From Eutreptiella sp. 'Long Island Sound 2002' (taxonomy: Eukaryota; Protista; Euglenida): a DNA stretch of 64,000 bases. Positions within the stretch are counted from its first letter, which is position 1, and each line of letters opens with the position of its first letter. The position numbers and the translations under genes were made by a program. The notes under the pieces are model-generated. The model ran no database searches. It saw nothing but the letters and a program-made list of their open reading frames with translations, and had not been told where the DNA came from. Below are positions 10,466 through 23,032 of this stretch, in pieces. Location of the stretch: positions 155,434,001 to 155,498,000 of the forward strand of contig OZ038378.1 of assembly GCA_964036045.1 (NCBI GenBank). Direction: 5' to 3'.

Positions 10466-11680
10466 TCAACCATTGACGACGGCTCCATTTCGCAATTCGG
10501 TCGAGAGCCATGTGGGTGCTGGGGGTCTTCTCTCCTTGATGATCTGCTCCCGATCTTCCCGTTCTAAAAGGTATTGCCCATACTCTTTAGCGAGATATGC
10601 AGTTAGCGTAATGACTTCTTCTGCAGCGTTTCGGAGACTGTCATTGGGAGAGACATTCAAGAACTGGGCGTCCAACTCACCGACCATGGCCTCCAGAACG
10701 TCAGCCTTCGTATGAAGCCAATCTTTGATGTATTGTAGGTACTTTTTCTCACTTTGGGGATTGGGGCCGTGATGCTGCTCACACAGCAGTTTGGCGGGCT
10801 GGCTGCCATTACAGAAGAAAGACTTCAGTTCAAGTTCGTCGAAGAGCAATGCAAAAGTCTCCCGTTGCTCCGCTCGCGCCTGCTGGTCTGTTAGTGTTCC
10901 AGGGTCTCCATGAGGATGCTGTAGCAGAAGACTTCTCCCTATTTGAAGCTTCAAAATCTTATCCCCAATGAACTCGAAGCGCTCGAACTTGAGGTTCTGA
11001 GGTCCTTCTGAGGTGCAGGCGTTCCAGCACTCCCCAAGCTTCCCCGCTCTGGAGAGCTTGCGAAGATCCCCCTTCAATATCTCTTGATGGCGCCGTAAAT
11101 TCTTCTGTGCAGTAGCCAGAATTTGCAGATAAAAATCTCTAACGATCAATGGACGGCAGCCTAAAAGCTTGCTCGAGACCCTAGGGGTGGAAGGGAGCCC
11201 ATTGGATGCAGTAGAGCTGGAAGGGAGCCCGTTGGTTGCAGTAGAGCTGGAAGGGAGCCCGTTGGTTGCGGTAGAGCTGGAAGGGAGCCCGTTGGTTGCA
11301 GTAGAGCTGGAAGGGAGCCCGTTGGTTGCAGTAGAGCTGGAAGGGAGCCCGTTGGTTGCAGTAGAGCTGGAAGGGAGCCCGTTGGTTGCAGTAGAGCTGG
11401 AAGGGAGCCCGTTGGTTGCAGTAGAGCTGGAAGGGAGCCTGTTGGTTGCAGTAGAGCTGGAATGGTGCTCATGGGGTGCAGCACAGGAGCCAATTTGATG
11501 AGTTAAGCAAAGTACTTTGGAACATTTCGAACATTTCCTCCAAGATTCTTCGTTGCCACCTATCTTGCCACATTGATGGCAAGCATCCTTTTTTCCTTGT
11601 TTCAACAGACCCAAATTGTGCTTCTGAGCCTGCTTCTGAGTCTTAATACGACCAGGACACAGTACTGCTTTTGGAGGCAT
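10466..11680 (-). CDS. Stand-alone RNase III-domain protein with N-terminal zinc finger and Ser/Thr-rich repeat linker, no dsRBD (404 aa from first ATG)
   Basis: Intronless. ERFEFIGDKIL (RNase III signature, plus-strand 10961-10984), HPHGDPGTLT, and KADVLEAMVGEL (~10688-10705) supply all four acidic residues equivalent to E. coli RNase III E41/D45/D114/E117. N-terminal CHQC-x12-CSKC-x4-CLTH-x4-C. Confidence 0.85.
   Translation of the reverse strand: MPPKAVLCPGRIKTQKQAQKHNLGLLKQGKKDACHQCGKIGGNEESWRKCSKCSKVLCLTHQIGSCAAPHEHHSSSTATNRLPSSSTATNGLPSSSTATNGLPSSSTATNGLPSSSTATNGLPSSSTATNGLPSSSTATNGLPSSSTATNGLPSSSTASNGLPSTPRVSSKLLGCRPLIVRDFYLQILATAQKNLRRHQEILKGDLRKLSRAGKLGECWNACTSEGPQNLKFERFEFIGDKILKLQIGRSLLLQHPHGDPGTLTDQQARAEQRETFALLFDELELKSFFCNGSQPAKLLCEQHHGPNPQSEKKYLQYIKDWLHTKADVLEAMVGELDAQFLNVSPNDSLRNAAEEVITLTAYLAKEYGQYLLEREDREQIIKERRPPAPTWLSTELRNGAVVNG
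11190..11459. repeat. 30-bp coding tandem repeat x9 (SSSTATNGLP)
   Basis: GAAGGGAGCCCGTTGGTTGCAGTAGAGCTG units, in frame within the RNase III ORF. Confidence 0.97.
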
Positions 11681-13649
11681 GTTGAAACAAAAAAGGCAGA
11701 AAGTTCCCAAACACCTGAGCACAATTGGGACAAATCATCCATAGCCACTGACCTCTGAGGCCCCGTACGTATAGACCCCCCGCTTGTGGCTCCTCGAGCT
11801 TATGCCTCGCCACATTTCCCAGGCCTGTGTGCCTGCACTTGCTGCGCCCTTTGCCCTTGCCCTGGGCACCTGTGCCTCTCGTTGCACCACATTGTTCCAG
11901 TTTCAAGAATTGCTTCCTCGTTACTGTCAGTGGCCGACTGGAGGTAAGAGTTTTACTTAATCAAGGAGACACAATCATCGTTCAAACTACATCAGTTTGT
12001 TGGTCCGAAGGCAAGGCCTGTGGGATACATTCGAAGGGTGGTATGATACATTCAAGCCAGAGTCCACAAACCACAACACAGAAGAAGTGCTGCGGAGCCC
12101 TCCTCATCTGACACTACACCGAAACGCTGTTTGGAGACAGCCATGACACCAACGACGCAATCATGATTCACAGCTGCGACAATTTGGTGGTCTTCGGGAT
12201 GCTATGTAAACTGTAGTTCTCATAGAATACATAAACACCACGAGATCAACAAGGACTACCCAGTTTGCATGGGGGAGTATGTTCCATTGGCGACGGCAAC
12301 CAGTTTGAAGAAAGTGAGGGGTGCAATCAATTCCATCATGCGCTGAAGTACCCGGACACAACATGCAGAGAAATGTCCAACTTGCATGCCAGTAGGCCCT
12401 GCAAAATCATGTACCGCTTTATCGCCTTTCTTTCCCTTCCCTTCCCTTCTTGGTGGCAAGGCTTACATCAATAATCTCACCTGATTAAAGCTACAAAAGT
12501 CATTCAAAGTTGGCCCACTCCGGCCATTCCTTGGAATGTCTGCTGCACACCATGATGATATCAAAAAATCATGTTTACCCTCAGCCTTGGACTAAGCCAA
12601 AATTTGATACTGGATGCCAACGGGTGCTTCTGGTCACCAACATTGTTCAGCTTTTATTTTTTACTAGTCCCTCTTGCCTTTCTCTTGTTTCTCTTTTTTG
12701 CCTATCTTGCTGCCATACATGTGTGAGTACCACTTCTCCTATAGGGGGGGTGCCGAGAGTCATTGCACTCGAAAGTCAAACGCCTCTCTTGAGAGTGTGA
12801 TTTTGCACTCCAAAATCAAAAATCATGTTCCGCGACTTTGGAGTACACCAATTAAGCAAGAAACAATTCACAATCCACAATGCAGAACCTTACGGACAAA
12901 AACAACTACGGGAACGTATTCCGTTCGTCAATGATCCAATCCTTCGCGATGGCGCAGGCACTGCTCCATTAAGACAAAATGAGACATATCCTTTGTGTGT
13001 GCAATGCTGCCTCAGTGTCAATAGCAGTCTCGGCAACGCCAATGTCAGGTATAGCACTCTCAGCTACAACGTGTTGTGTGTCAGCCTGCTGACTTGCAAA
13101 AAGTTGTTGTTGACTGGGACTTGAATTTCCTCATCGATTTTTGTCTTGCTCTTCAATTTCCGGCTGATCTGCATATCATACACCTTCTTGCTTTGAACAA
13201 CAAATGGATTTTGCACATACAAAACACCCATGTGTGGCCAGAATTGGGGTAAGAAGACAAAATTGTGATAACACATCAAGTAAGCGGTGCACAGAGAAAT
13301 ATACACCCAACCCCAATTACACAGGCCCGCCCCTTGTTCCATAATGGCTTTTGCATGTCCCTTGTTGATTCACTTCTTCTGTTGTGAATTGCTGGTCACC
13401 GATGTCACCAAATGAAAAAAAAAAAGCCAAACCACCGGGCACTGCAATCCCGGCTTAGGAGGCTTGGAGTACATGAAAAATATTGTTCACTTAATCTGTT
13501 GCCCACACTGTGCAAAAAATGAGCATTGGCTGGTGCCTTTTGGCCCAGCTGTTTATGCACATCCACTAATTTGGGTCAGTTGTGCGCAAGGCTTCAAAAA
13601 GTGCTCACATCTTATCATAGCTCCCAACAACAGAGCACCCAAATGTTCC

Positions 13650-15620
13650 ATCTCCTCACCATCACCATCAAATCTTTTTTCGCTAATCTTGCTACCCTCC
13701 CCCTCACCCACAACGAAATTATCAAACCTTCCAACATTCAGTTGATCACAACCCTTACTTACAGACTTATCTACAACTCTCTCCCTCAAGACAAACTGGA
13801 CAAACGGGAATCCCTCATCTGGAGCCACATCTTCGAAATGGGCAAACTCTCTTACTGTACCCCCCACAAAACTTATTACTCTTCTAATCACTCCTTTGGT
13901 CTCAACATCACTAATCTCTGTCATCACTCAAATACAAGCAATCAACCATATACTCCGTTACTCCTTCCACGATGGTCCTCCGGCCATTAACTCAAACGTT
14001 ATCAGAACCCTTCGCAGCGACTCACCCGAACCAAATCTACTTCAGCTAATGACTGTCACTTCAGCCAACTTTCTGGGCTACCACTGCCACAATGTCCCAT
14101 CTGTAAACCCGTGCTCTCCTAACCACGTCCGCTCCCACACCTCAGTCGAAGTGGCCTTCGCCTACTACCAATCCGGAAGTGACCCCCCAACCTACTCACT
14201 TACGCAAAACCCTGACCGTCCCACAAAAACCACCAGGTGGTTTAAGGGAACTCTGGACTACTCCATACTCAGTGCCAGTTCCACACATGCCTTCCTTAAA
14301 ATCACCTTGAAAAACAAAATACCCCCGCCGAATCCACAACAGCTCCACTATTGGGGATGTCGCGACCTCCTACAAGCTCTGCAGCAACACCCCACAGCCA
14401 CCATTTGCTACAGTGACGGGTCAAACAACCCCAAAAAGATCACTCCGTCAGGCTCAGTGGCCACTTTAAACACCACTCCACCCATAGACATTTGCAGCAT
14501 TTCACCCATCAAAGGCTCTTACCCTGCAGAAAATTTTGCTATTATTCTTATAACGTTATTTCAACCCCTGTCCCACCTTCCACAGCCTATCATTTTTGCC
14601 ATCGACAATCTCAGTGTCTGCACCACACTTCAATACATCCAGCTGGTCCACACCAACCCTTTCACTGCACACAACAACTGCTTCTCTGTTTGGTACAGTT
14701 TACTTTGGAACTTCCTACACACCTCCCCTATTCACATTATTTTCACTTGGATTAAAGGACATGCTGACTTCCTTGGGAATGATTACTCAGACAACATTTC
14801 CAAGTGGTCTGCGGAGCACATTTCCCAAAACCCTCTAAACCACAAACCTGGAACCATTTATGTCATCTATCAAGGCCACACACCCCTTCCCAGGAAAATT
14901 ACTCTAAGAACAGTCAAACACCTACTCCCCTCCCACGCACACAACAATGGGCACCTCTCCCTCAGCAACGACTTTTATTCCCATACTTCCTAGTTCTAAC
15001 GCTTTCCGTATAAATTGGTCAATGGCCTGTACTGCTGTGTAGGATACCAACCCCACTACATGCTCAACACATTTAACTGCCCCAAATATCTCTCTCATCA
15101 CCCACTAGACCCAATAACCACAGTCTCCGAATGCTCTACCACTGAACACCTCAGACAAGCATTCTTCCACGCATGGACTCCCCCTTTTCATAAAACCATC
15201 ACAGACTGGTGGACTACAGCAACTCTGGGTGACAGACGCAATTACATGAGAACACTCATGCCCAACTCTCTCAGCAATCTGCTCTGCTCTCCTCCCCCAG
15301 ATACCCCTTACTTTCAACACAAACACACACTCAATTCAGCACTAAAACAACGACGCAAACGACTGAAGACAGCACTGCAAGACACTCAAGATTCAAACAC
15401 TTCAACCAAACTCAGCAGACAACCCCGGGAAAAACCCAATGTCCACCTACAGCACCTCCTCTTTAGCACCAACACCTCTCTTTCACCCCAAAAGACCCAA
15501 CCAAGTCCCAGTCAACACACATCCCAACCAAACGAGGTCCATTGTCAAAAAAAACAAAAACGACAAAACATCAAGCACTAACACTCCCCACTCAGTGATA
15601 CCCACAACAACGTAACTCAT
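13650..15620 (+). mobile_element. 5'-truncated, frameshifted non-LTR retrotransposon with RNase H domain
   Basis: RNase H D-E-D-D motifs in ORF 13896-14993: ICYSDGS, YPAENFAI, AIDNLSV, WIKGHADFLGNDYSD. Upstream SFGLNITNL resembles the RT-thumb GGLGL motif. C/A-rich sense strand; three frames joined by frameshifts. Confidence 0.8.
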
Positions 15621-15703
15621 CAGACTACTCAGGGAGAACTGTGATTGACTTGTCTGCATACCCCCCCCATCACCCTGCACAACCCCTACAGGACAGAACC
15701 CTA

Positions 15704-16159
15704 GTACCCTCGCCCCCCCTTGTCGTTCCCCACCCCAGGGAAGACGGTCCCCCACCACCCCCTGGGGGACGGTCACCAAGCGACGGTCCCCCACCCCCCC
15801 CTGGGGGACCGCACCACCACCGTACACGCACATTTGCAGGCACAGAAATTGCAGCATAAAACGAAAGAATTCAGCATAGGATGTGTTCAAAGGGCTGCCA
15901 ATGTACGGAGACCTACTCCTTGACCGGCTCGGTGTAAAACATCACACTTGTCCCAGGGGGAAACATGGTTGTGCCATCAAGTTCCATTTCAGTGAAAGTG
16001 AGCAAAATGTCCTGCCATGAGTGCAAGGGATACAAGCGGCAGTGCCTCACAACACAGTCACCTACACAACAACACAATGAGCCGCAACGAAAATTTTGGG
16101 GTTGACCAAGTGATGGTCACCCCCCACCCCCCGGGGAACGACAAGGGGGGGGAGGGTAC
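15704..16159. mobile_element. 456-bp MITE-like element with ~27-bp TIRs
   Basis: GTACCCTCGCCCCCCCTTGTCGTTCCCC (15704-) vs GGGGAACGACAAGGGGGGGGAGGGTAC (-16159); internal GACGGTCCCCCACC..CCCCTGGGGGAC duplicated; no clean TSD. Confidence 0.65.
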
Positions 16160-17103
16160 CTCAGTGTGAAAGGAAGCTAGGCTCCGCTTGCGACTGGGGG
16201 GTTTCCGCCCCGCACTGAAATTCCGGCAACGTGACCTCTTTTTCTTGGAAAACCTCATCTCTCCCTCATCTTCTACACCCCCTTCAGCAGCCAGCCCCTC
16301 CCACACACACTTTCCCCCAACATTGCCAACTTTTGGTGCAAACAGAAGTGACCATGACTCCACATCTCCCGTTTTGTTTTCTTGCGACTAGCTCAGCCTT
16401 CCACTTCCCAACAAAGGACACAACTCGGCATAACTTCAGGCCTTTGGTGCCTTGTATGGCAGTGTTTTACACGCTGATTTTCTGCCCAACATGCTGTCAC
16501 TATCTCAGAGTCAGTCTCTTCAGTCCAGCCTGAATTTATCTGATGTTGCGTGTACATGGTGCAGCTTTCCTTTGGTTGAACTTCGGCTCGCGATGAACGC
16601 TCCTTTGCCCGTGGTTAGGCCGCTTTGAGTTATGCTCGCCGGGGGAATACCCCCATGCGTCAAAAAACTTATCTCTGCTCCCAGGCACCTCCTTGGACAG
16701 AAGATTGAGCACGTCAATAACCATTTTGGGGATAGGGTAAATCGAACCCCCCAACTTTGCGACAAATACCCCCCCAAAATTGGGTCAAATTACCACCACC
16801 CCTTGTCCTAACACGGGCCAGGGCCGCGGGCCTTGGCCGAGCCGCGGCAGCACCGGAGCTGTCGGCCCTCGGCATTGAGGATGTCGTGCTGGGCCACCGT
16901 CGGACGTCCGTATGTCGTGCGGACGGAGCCGCCCCGTCGCCCCCCAGTACCCCGGGCTCGAGCTTGATGGAGTACGTGCCGGCGAGCTGCAGTGAGGCGG
17001 GCTCGCCCCCCAGTAGCCCCGCGTCCAGTCTGCTGGGGTACCGGGCGTGCAGTGTCGCGAGCGCGGGATCCGGTTTATTGGGATATATGCCGACGAGCGT
17101 CTG

Positions 17104-20100
17104 TTACACGCCACGGGACGTGGGGTCGCTCCCCAGTGGTCCGCGCAGCGGTGGCGCAGAGCCCGATTCCGGAATCGCTTGTGATAGCGACGGCGCGTCC
17201 TCTGCCTCCTCTCGGTCATCGGTGTGAATATGCTCGTACACGTCGACCGCGCGGAGGTCGTGCTCGATGGCCGTCCGCGTGTGGGCGGCGTCCTTGAGCC
17301 CGGCGGCCGCGAGCGCGACGTTCGTGTGGGCGAACGCCACGTGGGAGTGGGCGGGGCCGAACACCTCGCGCCACACGCCGAGGGCCTGCTCGAACACGGC
17401 GAGGGCCTTGCGGCGGTGGCCCCGCTGCATGTGGGCGTGGCCCAGCGCGATGGAGCAGTTGGCCCGGTCCTCGCGCCGCTCCTGCCCCAAGGCCAAGGCT
17501 TTGTTCATGTACTCGATCACCTGCGAAGAGCATCGGCCCCCCAAACACTGCCACAACATCTCTGGCCCGCTCTCTCCGAATCAATGGCCCCAAGCCCCCC
17601 CCCCCCCCCCCAAGTCAATCCCTTTGCCGTCCACACAAAACCACTGCCTTATCCCCCATCCATTGTTGCTGCGGGCACAAAGTAGAAGCAGGGCTGGAGC
17701 TTGTTCACAGGCACACGCCGCATGATCGCATGGACGAGCGTGAAACCCAAATAACATGCAATTGTATATGTAGGCAGCGGTATTCTGTTGCTCTTGTTGT
17801 TCAGTGAAGTGCTGCAAATACCTGGTCCACTTGCCCTGCACTTGTTTCAGCCGCGTCTACGACAAAGCACCCATACTTGCACTCTGTTTTGCACCAATGC
17901 AGTTCAGCAGCAGCCAGCACCACACCACAAATATACCAATCCACGGCAATCCAAATCCACACCAACCAGGGGGTCATTATCAGCGCCTATTAGGCACAGC
18001 CCGCACGGTCATCTCCCTCAGTTGCGCACTCCGCATCGCAAAATCGGGATAGGGAGTGCCGCACGTACACAACGAACGACGACGACCGGGCCCCAGCCCA
18101 ATACCACGGAGCCCCGAGCCCCGAGCAGCCAGTGACTCACAAGCAGGCGGGTCCCACATACAGTCCCCGAAGGACCACTGAAGCCCTCCTCTGAAAACAC
18201 CACAAGTCACGAAGTGCGACAACATCCCCAGCCACCGCCACTCAGGGGCAGGGGAAGGGGGGCAGACCATCTGACCACCGGCCTACTCCGAACAGCCCGT
18301 GACACAGACCCGGGTCAGGCAACACTCCCACTCCCTCAGCAGCCCCTCACGCTGTGAACTCTCGCGCCGAAGATTGTCCTGTGGTCAAAAGCGGCAACAC
18401 AATCTGTTCACCACTTCACCATCCAATGGGGACGATGGTCCCAAACACTGGGGCAGCTGGATCTTCAATTCCGCGCCGCACGGGGGGGGGGGGGGGCTTA
18501 CAGCCCTCCGGCCGGACGCCCATCCCCCAAAAAAGGAGTCCGGTTGATGATCTGGAAAATATGGGCGCAGACTCGAACCCCTGTCCTGTCAACCAGCCGT
18601 ACCTTTTGGGCGCAACCCGTGCGCCCACATTTTCCGTTTCGCTGACCGGGCAAGGGGGGGGCGCGCCCAAGATCCCTGGCTGGCTGACCGGCCTTCGCGC
18701 GCCAAAAAATATCTGTTTCGCTGACCGGACAGGGGGAGTGCGCGCCCACAATGTGCGCAAAGTCCCTGTCTGGTCAGCGGACACACACACACACACACAC
18801 CCACAGTGTGTGTGTGTGTGTGTGTGTGTGTATCAATCACACTGCAGATGCTGCGCCCAGTTTTACCTGTTTCCCTGGCCGGACACAGTACCCGTATGTC
18901 TCACTATCTGTGTATGTATATATGTGTCGGTATATGTATATATCTGTGTAGGTATATATGTGTCGGTATATGTATATATCTGTGTAGGTATATATGTGTC
19001 GGTATATGTATATATCTGTGTAGGTATATATGTGTCGGTATATGTATATATCTGTGTAGGTATATATGTGTCGGTATATGTATATATCTGTGTAGGTATA
19101 TATGTGTCGGTATATGTATATATCTGTGTAGGTATATATGTGTCGGTATATGTATATATCTGTGTAGGTGTATATGTGTCGGTATATGTATATATCTGTG
19201 TAGGTGTATATGTGTCGGTATATGTATATATCTGTGTAGGTATATATGTGTCGGTATATGTATATATCTGTGTAGGTATATATGTGTCGGTATATGTATA
19301 TATCTGTGTAGGTATATATGTGTCGGTATATGTATATATCTGTGTAGGTGTATATGTGTCGGTATATGTATATATCTGTGTAGGTATATATGTGTCGGTA
19401 TATGTATATATCTGTGTAGGTATATATGTGTCGGTATATGTATATATCTGTGTAGGTGTATATGTGTCGGTATATGTATATATCTGTGTATGTATATATG
19501 TGTCGGTATATGTATATATCTGTGTAGGTATATATGTGTCGGTATATGTATATATCTGTGTAGGTATATATGTGTCGGTATATGTATATATCTGTGTAGG
19601 TATATATGTGTCGGTATATGTATATATCTGTGTAGGTATATATGTGTCGGTATATGTATATATCTGTGTAGGTGTATATGTGTCGGTATATGTATATATC
19701 TGTGTAGGTGTATATGTGTCGGTATATGTATATATCTGTGTAGGTGTATCTGGTATATAGTATATCCTCAAGCAAAGGCTCATGTCATCGTCATCAGAGG
19801 TACCAGCAGCGCCTTTCGGCTCTGCAGCAGCGCTTGGGTCATGATCCCCGAGTCCTACAGAGATCACAGTGCACCGCTCCCGTTCCGGCAGCATGTCCCT
19901 CAGCCTTTGCAGGTACGATGGCTGACACCCTCAACCGCACAAAGTCAACAGCTGGGCCTCAGCCGCCGGCGGGGCTCTGCAGACAACCACAAATACGAAC
20001 CCACAATCCCCCCGTCATTCGTCATCATCGCCATTTCCTGCCTCAAGCCCGATGAACAGCGTTGAGTGCGCAGCGTGTGCCAGGGACTTCAGGGGAACGG

Positions 20101-22730
20101 CACAGGGACAGGGAGACGCGGGGACACACAGTACAGGGCGCACGGGGGGGGGGGGGGGGGGGCGAGGGAGGGAGGGGGGGGGGCGTGTGGTACGGGGCCT
20201 CTCTCCTGGGCTGAGCGGCAGTGGCGGACCATTGAAGTCACGCGAGCCCGAAGAGGCTACCACCAGATCGATCCGGGGGCGACAGGACTAGAGCCAGTGA
20301 TGGAAGGGCTTCCTCATCCCCATCCCCATACCCCCCACGTCGTGTGGCTGCCGGCGCTACTGCGATACGTACGTACGCTCGGACAGTCTGAGCACCGGTC
20401 CGGCGCAGGCAAAGCAACCCCCGCCGGCCCCGCAACGAGTGTTTTGGGGCTCTGTTGACGCCGCCCCCCGACTTTTTTGTGGGCTCTATTGAGGGCGTCC
20501 AATTGAAAGTCCGAGTTTGCAGCGCTGTCTTGGGGCTCCCCCGTGCCTTTCCCCCGCGCTGCCGACGGGGCGAAGGGGTCCGCAGGCGGCAAAACTACGG
20601 TGGGGTCGACCGTCCGGCGTCCCGACCCGGACCCCCACGCGCACCTTCTCGGGTTTGCGCAGCGTCCCGTACACGAGCCCCGCGTTCATGATCGCGTTCG
20701 AGGCGGCCCTGCGCTGCTGGCGCGCCTCGTACACCCGCTGCGCATCGGCGTAGAGCACGAGGGCGCGGTCGTACTGGCCCAGCTCGGCGCACAGACCGCC
20801 GAGGCAGAGGACCGCGCGGGGGTCGCGGCGCCCCGATCGCCCTCCCGCTGGAGCTGCGCGAGGGCGTCTTCGCCGGTCGCGAGGAGCCCGATCCGGAGGT
20901 GGTCCTTGACGACGCTGTTGAGTGCGGTAAACCCCACGGACGAGGGCACGGCTCTGCGGAGTGCCTGGCCTCCCCAACGAGAGCGAGTGTCAGGGAAGTG
21001 TGTGTGGGTGTCCCCAACCAACACAACCCAAACTCGTCGGGTCCTGTGCAACTGCTTCAGTCACCCGCACATTGTCCGTGCGGAGGCCCCGGACAGGACG
21101 CCTTCACAGTAGGGCTGCACGCCCTCATGACAGGGAGGGGGGGGATTTCGTCTGGGGACAGTTTCGGCACACCTCCAATTTTGGTGCGGGGCCATCAGAC
21201 GCGGGAAACTTCAACACCTCCGACAAAAAAATGTGGCCTTTTTTGCACTCGAACCAAGCTCACACATTCTCGACGACGACCAACTTCTCACTCCCAAAGG
21301 AGCAAGATGAACGGACGTGACGAACAGACGGACTCCCGACAACAGCGCAATAATACCGGGCTACCGCCACCAGAGAGCCAACCCCCGTCCCCCTGCAGAT
21401 GACGGAAAGACGAGAAACAGAATTCGGCTGAACAAATGACAAAAATGGTGTGCGGTTGACTGGGTGGTGTAGACTGTGCACTGTGGCTCTTGAGGAGCCT
21501 CGCAATTCTTGGAAAGATCCTCCGCCAGCCTGCGCATTGAAAGAGCGTGACCGGCTCGGAATGGGGTCGATGGGCAGTGAGAACAGAGATTTCGTCGTGT
21601 CACACATGTTCGTATTGCACACATCAGCCGTCATCTGCAAACCCCTTAGGCCACCGCGTCCCTGCCGCCCTGGAAATCTGCCAAAAGTGCGTAAAATCGC
21701 AATGAAGAACTAGCACGCGGTGCGATGCGCGGTGCACGCAGTGCGTTTGCTTCTCTCTCTGGGTAGTGGCATGGAAAAAACAAACCGAGCAAAAGAGGCA
21801 ACAACGGGGGTTTTGGTGGGTGATACAATGTGGGTACAAAATGATCATTTTTTTTAGCATACAACAACGGAGGCCTCAATTTACAGCCCGCAGTGACTAA
21901 ATGAAAAAGTTGTGCATTCCTAAAATAGCACCAGATACCGTGCGCACCGCGCAACACACCACGTGCACCGCGTGCTCGTTTCTCTCAGAGAAAATACACT
22001 TGCCTTAGGTTTCCAGCGATTTGGACCACTGCATCCCCCGCCACAGACCACCCCCCCCCCCCCACACCCTGTCCCCAGCCGCATTCCATCCCCTGCCACA
22101 CCCCATGCCCGGAGGCATGGGGCCGGGGCCCCTTCAGAAGTGCTACAAAAGCACCACCTCAACGGCCTGCAATATCATTCGCTGGTCCTGCTCGCGCCAG
22201 CCCTGCGCCTTCGCCACGTCGATCCGGACCAGCACGTCCATCACCGCGTTGAAGGCGTCCAGCAACGCCCGGCGGAACTCCTGCTTCTGGGCGGCCGGCA
22301 GGCGGATGACGAGGTCGGAGGCCTCCTGGATGGTGCACAGCAGCTCCCACAAGCACCAGGCCCGCGGCAGGGGCACCGGGGCGTGCCAGGGCATCAGCAC
22401 CAGCAGCGTCATCCCCAGCGATCCGATCTGCCGGCGGAACGTGGTGGCCCACCACTCTTGAGGCGGGTGGACGGCAGCTGGTTGTTGGTGAACAGATCGA
22501 ACCAAAAGTACAGCCCTGGCTTGCCCTGCCCCCGCAGCTCCTTTGCGTACGCCAGGAGCACACCGACCACCTGATGAGTATGGGTCGTCGCTGCCTCCGA
22601 CCATGCGACAGTCAGGCAAACTGTTGAAGGTCGGGGCATAGAGCCCACTGCGCGATCCCTTATCAAAAGGGGCTCAATGGGCTGGACCCCGAATCCCGTG
22701 TAAGACACCGCTGGCTATCACACGGATCCC

Positions 22731-22827
<97 letters not shown>

Positions 22828-22829
22828 GC

Positions 22830-22884
<55 letters not shown>

Positions 22885-22914
22885 GCAACAACAACAACAG
22901 CAACAACAACAACC

Positions 22915-22974
<60 letters not shown>

Positions 22975-22976
22975 GC

Positions 22977-23032
<56 letters not shown>

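Noticed and set aside
12161-12364. PGTSAHD / GIDCT as a Harbinger-type DDE transposase upstream of the RNase III gene
   Set aside because: The motif order is reversed relative to DDE_Tnp_4 and the frame is short.
13437-13462. A-run plus CCGGG-N9-CCCGG hairpin as a terminator or element end
   Set aside because: 5-bp stem only, with no partner terminus or TSD found.
18354-20065. Long ORFs of 312-468 aa (YICVGIYVSV.., YTYTDIYIYRH..)
   Set aside because: Stop-free translations of the 36-bp minisatellite inside a GT-AG intron.
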